From assembly GCA_963805585.1 (NCBI GenBank), contig CAWDUR010000033.1, positions 68,135-132,134 of the forward strand: a stretch of 64,000 bases of DNA, in the 5' to 3' direction. Position numbers and translations under genes: made by a program. The notes under the pieces are model-generated. The model did no database searches and had not been told where the DNA came from. It saw only the letters and a program-made list of their open reading frames with translations. Positions 58,267-64,000 of this stretch are shown one piece after another. Origin of the DNA: an uncultured Chloroflexia bacterium. Lineage in GTDB: Bacteria > Chloroflexota > Limnocylindria > Limnocylindrales > CSP1-4. Position 1 is the stretch's first letter, and every line of letters begins with the position of its first letter.

Positions 58267-58298
58267 GGTGGCGCGCCGCTCGCGAGCGGCGCGCCACC
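58267..58298 (+). other. 32-nt perfect palindrome / strong GC stem-loop between the binding-protein and permease genes
   Basis: GGTGGCGCGCCGCTC-GC-GAGCGGCGCGCCACC. It lies 23 nt after the SBP stop and 49 nt before the permease start, with no U-tract. Confidence 0.55.
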
Positions 58299-58346
58299 GA
58301 GCTCACCGAGCAAGTAGGCTAGGGGTCCGATCTCGGGAGGAAGCAC

Positions 58347-59526
58347 GTGACGTACGGGACAGCCGATGTCGAGGAGCCGACCGGCTGGCGCGGCTTCCTG
58401 GTGCCCATCGGTGTGGTCCTCGGGCTCGCGGGCCTGATCATCGGCATCTGGTTCCTCTTCGACAGCCAGGCCTCGGCCAACGTCGCCGCCATCTTCTACG
58501 ACCTGCTGGGCAATCCCGACGGAGGCCGCCGCCCTGCGCGCTGGCAGCGGCAACTCGCAACGTCGCCAAGCTCGATCCTGGCGGCCGTCGCGCTGGTCGT
58601 CGGCGTCGGGGGCATCTGGCTCTTCTACGCCGGCCTCAATGCCATCGTCATGCGCCTGAAGCGCCCGGTGGCGCGGGCGCCTGCTGCCCTGGGTCTTCGT
58701 CGGGCCGGCGCTCGCTGCTGCTCACCGTCTACCTGGTGTGGCCGGTCGTCTCGACGATCGTCAAGTCGTTCACCGTCGGTGCGGGTCTCGCCAACTGGGA
58801 GTGGGCCCTGACCAATCCGGCCAACCACCAGATGTACATCAACAACATCCTCTGGCTGGTCGTCGGGAGTGGCCGGCTCGGTCGGCCTGGGCCTGCTCAT
58901 CGCCGGCCTGGTCGACCGCGTCAAGTACGAGTCGCTGGCCAAGACGTTCATCTTCCTGCCGCTCGCCATCTCGCTGGTGGGCGCCTCGGTCATCTGGCGC
59001 TTCGTCTACACGTGGCGAGCCCCGGGCCAACCGCAGTACGGGCTCCTGAACGCCATCATGGACGGCGCTCGGACGCGAGCCCGTGCCGTGGTCGCAGACG
59101 CCCGACTACCACATCAGCACGTTCGCGCTCATCGTCATCCTCATCTGGCTCCAGACCGGCTTCGCCATGGTCGTGCTCTCGGCCGCCATCAAGGGCGTGC
59201 CCACCGAGATCACCGAGGCCGCCAGCCTCGATGGCGCCAATGAGCGGCAGAAGTTCTTCCGGGTCATCGTGCCCATGATCCGCGGCTCCTCGATCATGGT
59301 CACCATCACGACCGCCATCGTCGTGCTCAAGGTCTTCGACATCGTCTACGTCATGACCGGCGGACGGTTCAACACGGACGTCGTCGCCAACCAGATGTAC
59401 CTGCAGGCCTTCCAGTACTTCGATACCGGGCGCGCGTCGGTCCTGGCGGTCATCCTCTTCCTGGCGGTCCTGCCCTTGGCGCTCATCAACGTCCGGAACA
59501 TCCGCAAGCAGGGGTTGGCGGCATGA
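58347..59526 (+). CDS. Carbohydrate ABC transporter permease (MalF/UgpA-like); about five frame changes
   Basis: GGGAGGAAG RBS, GTG 58347. Fragments: ..LLTVYLVWPVVSTIVKSF.. / VGLGLLIAGLVDRVKYESLAKTFIFLPLAISLVGASVIWRFVY / ORF 59083..59526 (ALIVILIWLQTGFAMVVLSAAIKGVPTEITEAASLDGANERQKFFRVIVPMI, the EAA-loop signature). Confidence 0.85.
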
Positions 59527-59556
59527 GCTGCTTCGTCCAGGGCCAACGTCGGCGGC

Positions 59557-60417
59557 ATGAAGCCGCAGCGAAGCGTCTTCGTGCGCCGGCTGCCCCTCCG
59601 CATCGCGGTCATCGCCATCGCCTTCATCTGGTCGCTGCCGACGCTGGGGGTCTTCGTCAGCTCGTTCCGGGATGCCCGCGACATCGTCGCGACCGGCTGG
59701 TGGACGGCACTCCTCCAGCCCTTCCAGGCCAACTGGACGCTGGCCAACTACGAGGCGGTCCTGTCCGGCCTGAACATGGCCAACGCATTCATCAACAGCC
59801 TCATCGTGTCCATCCCGGCCACCATCATCCCGATCACCATCGCCGCCTTCGCCGCCTACGCCTTCGCCTGGATGCGCTTCCCGCTTCCGGGGCACCCTGT
59901 TCCTGGTCGTCGTGGCGCTGCTCGTCGTGCCGCTCCAGATGGCCCTCATCCCGGTCCAGGAGATGCTACCAGACCCTGGGCATCAACCAGACGCTTCCTG
60001 GGCGTCTGGCTGGCGCACACGGCCTTTGGCCTGCCGCTGGCCATCTTCCTGCTCTACAACTTCATCAGCCAGCTGCCCGGCGACCTCTTCGAGACGGCCA
60101 GCATCGACGGCGCTACGCCACTTCCAGATGTTCACCAAGGTCGTCCTGCCGCTCTCGGTGCCGGCCCTGGCGGCGTTCGCCATCTTCCAGTTCCTGTGGG
60201 TCTGGAACGACCTGCTGGTGGCGCTCGTCTTCCTGGCGCCACCGAGGAGCGCTCGGTCATGACGCTCGAGCTGAGCCGGCTGGTGGGTGGCCGGGGCCAG
60301 CAGTGGCACCTCCTGACGGCTGGCGCCTTCGTCACCATGATCCTGCCGGTCCTCGTGTTCCTGGCCCTGCAACGCTACTTCGTGCGCGGCATCCTCTCCG
60401 GCTCCGTCAAGGGCTGA
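59557..60417 (+). CDS. Carbohydrate ABC transporter permease (MalG/UgpE-like); about four frame changes that create no stop
   Basis: MKPQRSVFVRRLPLRIAVIAIAFIWSLPTLGVFVSSF...NSLIVSIPATIIPITIAAFAAYAFAWMRF, then off-frame stretches. The correct residues appear in ORF 59912..60262 (..HFQMFTKVVLPLSVPALAAFAIFQFLWVWNDLLVALVFL). The EAA region is ETASIDGAT. Confidence 0.85.
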   Translation: MKPQRSVFVRRLPLRIAVIAIAFIWSLPTLGVFVSSFRDARDIVATGWWTALLQPFQANWTLANYEAVLSGLNMANAFINSLIVSIPATIIPITIAAFAAYAFAWMRFPLPGHPVPGRRGAARRAAPDGPHPGPGDATRPWASTRRFLGVWLAHTAFGLPLAIFLLYNFISQLPGDLFETASIDGATPLPDVHQGRPAALGAGPGGVRHLPVPVGLERPAGGARLPGATEERSVMTLELSRLVGGRGQQWHLLTAGAFVTMILPVLVFLALQRYFVRGILSGSVKG

Positions 60418-60419
60418 GC

Positions 60420-62038
60420 GTGGGGGAGGAGCGCCGCCCTGAGGACGACGTCCTCGGCCAGTTGCTGCCGGCCTTCGAGGGGACCGATCCGCCCACGTGG
60501 CTGATGCGGCGGGTGGCTGCCGATCAGGCACACGGCGTGACCGTCTTCCTGCGCGCCAACGCGCGCGACGCAGACAGCCTGGCCAGCCTGGCCTGGCAGC
60601 TCCACGGTGCCGCCCCGGGCGACCTGCCTCTGCTCATCGGCGCGGACCAGGAAGGCGGCCAGCTGGTCGGGCTGGGCCACGAGACCACGCGCTTCCCGGG
60701 CGCCATGGCCCTTGGTGCTGCCGATGACGAGACCCTGACCGAGGCGGTCGGTCGCGCGACCGCTGACGAGCTGCGGGCACTGGGCATCACCGTCTGCTAT
60801 GCACCGGTCTGCGATCTGGCCCTCCTGCCGGGTAACGTGAGCTTGGGCACGCGTGCCTTCGGCTCTGATCCGGGAGACGTGGCGCGTCATGCGGCGGCGC
60901 TGACGCGCGGCCTGCAGGCGGGCGGGGTGGTGGCCACGGCCAAGCACTTCCCCGGCTTCGGGGCCGTGGACGTCGATCCGCACCACCGCCTGGGCGTGGT
61001 GGACGCATCGGCTGAGGTCCTGGAGGTGCGCGAGCTGGCGCCCTTTCCGCGCGGCCCTCGGAGCCGGTGCGCGGATGGTCATGTCCGGCCACGTGGCGCT
61101 GCCGGCCATCACCGGCGACCGTGCGCTGCCCGCCACCGTGTCACGCCAGGTCATGGACGGACTGCTGCGCCGTAGGCTGGGCTTCCAGGGGGTCTCCATC
61201 ACGGATGCCATGGACATGAAGGCCGTGGGCCAGGGTAGCGCCGGCATCGTTGACAGCCTGATGGCCCTGCGGGCGGGCGTGGACTTGCTGCTCTTGACGC
61301 CCGATCGCGCCGCGCAGCGACGCCTGGAGACCGGCTTTGCGCCAGGCAGCCCTGCGGGGCCTGCTGCCGGTGGCCGGCATCCGCTCCTCGCTGTCCAGGT
61401 TGTGACGTCTGCGTCGCTGGCTCGCGACCTTCGAACCCCGCGACCGGGGCGTCGTGCGAAGCGACGCGCACCGCGAACTGGCACGCCGCGCCGCGGCTGC
61501 GGCCATCACGCTCGTTCGAGACGAACGTGGGGTGTTGCCGCTGCGACCAGCCCCCGGGGATCGGGTCGTGGTCATCACGCCACAGCCACGCGACCTCACG
61601 CCGGCCGATTCATCTGCTGACGAGCCGCTCGCTCTGGCCGACGCGTTGCGCCGCCACCACGGCGACGTCATCCACATTCGCGTCGACGCCGAGCCGGATG
61701 ACCGACAGATCGCCGGCGCGCGCGAGGAGGCAGCCAGCGCCCGGTACGCGGTCGTGGCCACGCTGGCGGCAGACGTGCAGCCATCCCAGGCGCGCCTCGT
61801 CGCGGCCGTCCTTTCGACGGGCGTCCCGACCGTCACGTTGGCCATGCGCACGCCCTACGACCTGGCCGCCTATCCGGGCGCTCAGACGCACCTCTGCAGT
61901 TACGCCATCGTGCCCGCCAGTGTCGGCGCCGTGGCCGATGCACTCTTCGGCAGGCAGCCCATCCGCGGTCGTCTCCCGGTGGCCATCCCGGGACTCTATC
62001 CTCGGGGCCACGGCATGGAGGTGGACCTATGGGCCTGA
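60420..62038 (+). CDS. Glycoside hydrolase family 3 (beta-N-acetylhexosaminidase NagZ-like) with a C-terminal domain; about four frame changes
   Basis: GTG 60420. ..LLIGADQEGGQLVGL...ALGITVCYAPVCDL...GVVATAKHFPGFGAVDVDPH.. / MVMSGHVALPAITGDRALPATVSRQVMDGLLRRRLGFQGVSITDAMDM / ORF 61454..62038 (..AAAITLVRDERGVLPL...VVITP...). Confidence 0.85.
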
Positions 62039-63064
62039 TCGGACGAGATCCGCGAGCAGCCGGAGGTGGTGGCGCGCCTCCTTGGCGAGGCGGCACCGGA
62101 GGTGGAGTCGTTCTGCGAGGTGGTGCGTAAGGCCGATCCAAGCCACGTCGTGATCGCCGCGAGAGGTACTTCCGATCACGCGGCCGTCTATGCGCAGTAC
62201 GCCCTGGGCGTGTTGGCGGGCATGAACGTGGGGCTGGCCACGCCCAGCGTCCACTCTCTGTACGGGGCCGCCCCGGACTACGGCCGTGCCCTCGTGGTGG
62301 GCATCAGCCAGTCGGGTGCGTCACCTGATGTAGTTGGCGTCATCCGCGCGGCGCGGGCGCAGGGTGCCCTGACGCTGGCCATCACCAACACGCCTGGCTC
62401 TGACATGGCCACGGCGGCCGCCCACCATCTCGACCTGCGGGCCGGCCCAGAGAGGGCCGTGGCAGCCACCAAGACCTACACCGCCACCCTCACCGTGCTG
62501 GCCATGCTCACGGCCGGCCTGGCCGGGTCGGGGGCAGGGGATGATCTTCGCCGCCTGCCAGACGCTGTGGCGACCATGCTGGCCCAGGAGGACGAGGCTC
62601 GGCGCATCGCCGCGGACCAGGTCGGCCTGGACCGTTGCGTGGTCCTCGGCCGCGGGTATCACTACGCGACGGCTCGCGAGTGGTCACTGAAGCTCAAGGA
62701 GCTGGCCTACGTGCTGGCTGACCCCTATTCCTCGGCCGACTTCATCCACGGTCCGCTGGCCCTCATCGAGGCGGGTTTCCCGATCCTGGCGGTGGCCCCT
62801 CGGGGCGCCACCAGCGGGGACCTGGAGGCGGTCATGGAGCGGCTGGGTGAGGAGCTACAGGCCCGTCTGCTCATCCTTTCTGATGACCCGGCCCTGCGTG
62901 CCACCGGCCACTGGGCCCTGGCCCTGCCGGAAGACCTGCCCGAGTGGCTGATGCCCATCGCCTCGATCGTCCCCGGCCAGCTGCACGCGGTGCACCTGAC
63001 GATGGCCAAGGGTCGCGACCCCGAGCAGCCGCGCTCCATCCGCAAGGTCACCCTGACGCACTGA
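62029..63064 (+). CDS. SIS-domain sugar-phosphate isomerase/deaminase (GlmS-C/AgaS/NagB-II-like); frame break within the first ~6 codons
   Basis: ATG 62029 overlaps the GH3 stop (ATGGGCCTGA). After MGLIG the frame shifts to EIREQPEVVARLLGE... (ORF 62066..63064): VIAARGTSDHAA..VVGISQSGASPDVV...LAITNTPGS...AVAATKTYTA (tandem SIS motifs). Confidence 0.8.
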
Positions 63065-63202
63065 CGCACTGACGCGCTCCGGAGTCTGCCGGCCGGGACC
63101 GGACGGCCGATCTGCGTCCAGGAGGCGTCGCGACGGGCTTCGCTCCTTGGGCATCCGGCGTTACCTCGGGCTGCCCGCGGCGCGACCACAATGAACAGAC
63201 CA

Positions 63203-63231
63203 TTGACAGAGTCTATACATAGCGCTATGCT
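63203..63231 (+). promoter_or_regulatory. Near-consensus sigma-70/SigA-type promoter of the heliorhodopsin gene (TTGACA-17 nt-TATGCT)
   Basis: caTTGACAgagtctatacatagcgcTATGCTtcgg lies in a conspicuously AT-rich islet. It is 52 nt upstream of ATG 63284, which has an AGGGAGGAA RBS. Confidence 0.55.
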
Positions 63232-63283
63232 TCGGCGTAGACGTTAGACACGGGCTGTCGCCCCGTGGACCAGGGAGGAATCC

Positions 63284-64000
63284 ATGACTGCCATCGCCGT
63301 ACCCACCGCCGCTGATGTCGCGGTATCACCCCTCGCGCCGGATCGCGCCCAGGGCTTGTTCCGTTGGAATGCCGTCCTCGCCGCGCTGCACGGCATCCAG
63401 GGACTGCTCATCCTGGCGTTGTCGTTCGCCAAGGACCCCATGGTCACTTCGCCGGTGGTGACTAGCTACCTCACCTTCGACACTGCGACCGAGACCCTCG
63501 TGCCGGCACAGCGCGTCCTCTTCGAGCTCCCCATCGGCCCGGCCGTGGCGCTCTTCCTCTTCATGAGCGCGATCGCGCACTTCCTTCTGGCCTGGCCGAT
63601 GCGCGACTGGTATGAGCGGCGCCTGGCATCAGGCATCCAGCCCATGCGCTGGCTGGAGTACTCGCTGAGCTCAAGCGTCATGATCGTCATCATCGCCGCG
63701 CTGGCAGGCATCCAGGAGATCGGCACTCTGGTGGCCATCTTCGGCGTCAACGCGGCTATGAACCTTTTCGGCTGGTCCATGGAGTCGGCCAATCAGGGCC
63801 GGGCCAAGACCCAGTGGAACCACTACATCTTCGGCGTCGTGGCCGGCATCGTACCGTGGGTCGTCATCACCATCGCCCTCTGGTCCGCCGCGACGGAGCC
63901 CGGCGCCGCTGCCATCCCCGGGTTCGTGTGGGCCATCTTCGTGTCGCTCTTCATCTCCTTCAACATCTTCGCCATCACCATGATCCTGCAGTACCGCAAG
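63284..64000 (+). CDS. Heliorhodopsin (7-TM retinal protein, inverted topology), first 239 codons; gene continues beyond the right edge
   Basis: Missing from the ORF track because there is no stop before the window end. Family blocks: FRWNAVLAALHGIQGLLILAL; PIGPAVALFLFMSAIAHFLL; MRWLEYSLSSSVMIVIIAALAGIQEIGTLVAIFGVNAAMNLFGW; FGVVAGIVPWVV; IPGFVWAIFVSLFISFNIFAITMILQYRK. These match the prototype heliorhodopsin as I recall it (RWVEYSLSSSVMIVLIA..AIFGVNASMILFGW..GIVPW..PGFVYG..LQYKGK). Confidence 0.85.
   Translation, partial: MTAIAVPTAADVAVSPLAPDRAQGLFRWNAVLAALHGIQGLLILALSFAKDPMVTSPVVTSYLTFDTATETLVPAQRVLFELPIGPAVALFLFMSAIAHFLLAWPMRDWYERRLASGIQPMRWLEYSLSSSVMIVIIAALAGIQEIGTLVAIFGVNAAMNLFGWSMESANQGRAKTQWNHYIFGVVAGIVPWVVITIALWSAATEPGAAAIPGFVWAIFVSLFISFNIFAITMILQYRK

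Noticed and set aside
1-64000. Search for rRNA, tRNA, CRISPR arrays, transposases, integrases, prophage or defence-island genes
   Set aside because: I found no T-loop/acceptor-stem tRNA patterns, no rRNA-like conserved blocks, no regularly spaced direct repeats and no DDE/tyrosine-recombinase or phage structural signatures in any frame. Manual scanning can miss short RNAs, so tRNAscan-SE, Infernal and a repeat finder should confirm this.

Overview
Very GC-rich (about 70% by eye) bacterial chromosomal segment. Gene content suggests a monoderm high-GC lineage, probably Actinomycetota-like: a PAC2 proteasome-chaperone homologue, a class II RNR behind NrdR-type boxes, a DevS/DevR-like two-component pair and a ResC-type CcsA. 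Chloroflexota is not excluded; the lineage call is inference. I resolve about 61 protein genes. By eye I found no rRNA, tRNA, CRISPR array, transposase or integrase. Left to right: ArsR-DsrE; a redox/stress island (DsbA, two USPs, an Rrf2 regulator, a GAF-kinase/NarL-type pair, a Tat-exported multicopper oxidase); housekeeping enzymes (adenosine deaminase x2, S41 and M23 peptidases, PepN, PepA, DEAD-box helicase, PabBC, ExoIII, NrdJ, GlgC, NaPRTase, NUDIX); a LacI-controlled ribokinase/ribose-type ABC operon; a ccsA operon with unusual partners; a micro-ORF/DUF5317/GAF-GGDEF unit; and a ROK-controlled GlcNAc-type ABC/GH3/SIS cluster. Main points: (1) an edge-truncated heliorhodopsin gene at 63284..64000 is absent from the ORF track; (2) a full-length GreA is fused to a roughly 230-aa GIY-YIG-like N-terminal domain; (3) the sequence carries dozens of single-base frame breaks, affecting about 38 of 61 genes including nrdJ. 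These are most likely assembly or polishing errors, so many track ORFs are gene fragments or chimeras. I therefore report whole-gene spans reconstructed by following the protein signal across frames. Several AT-richer islets in the GC-rich background mark regulatory sites: NrdR boxes, a duplicated 20-bp LacI-type operator, a ROK-gene palindrome and near-consensus promoters. All calls come from manual translation and motif recognition; no database search was run.
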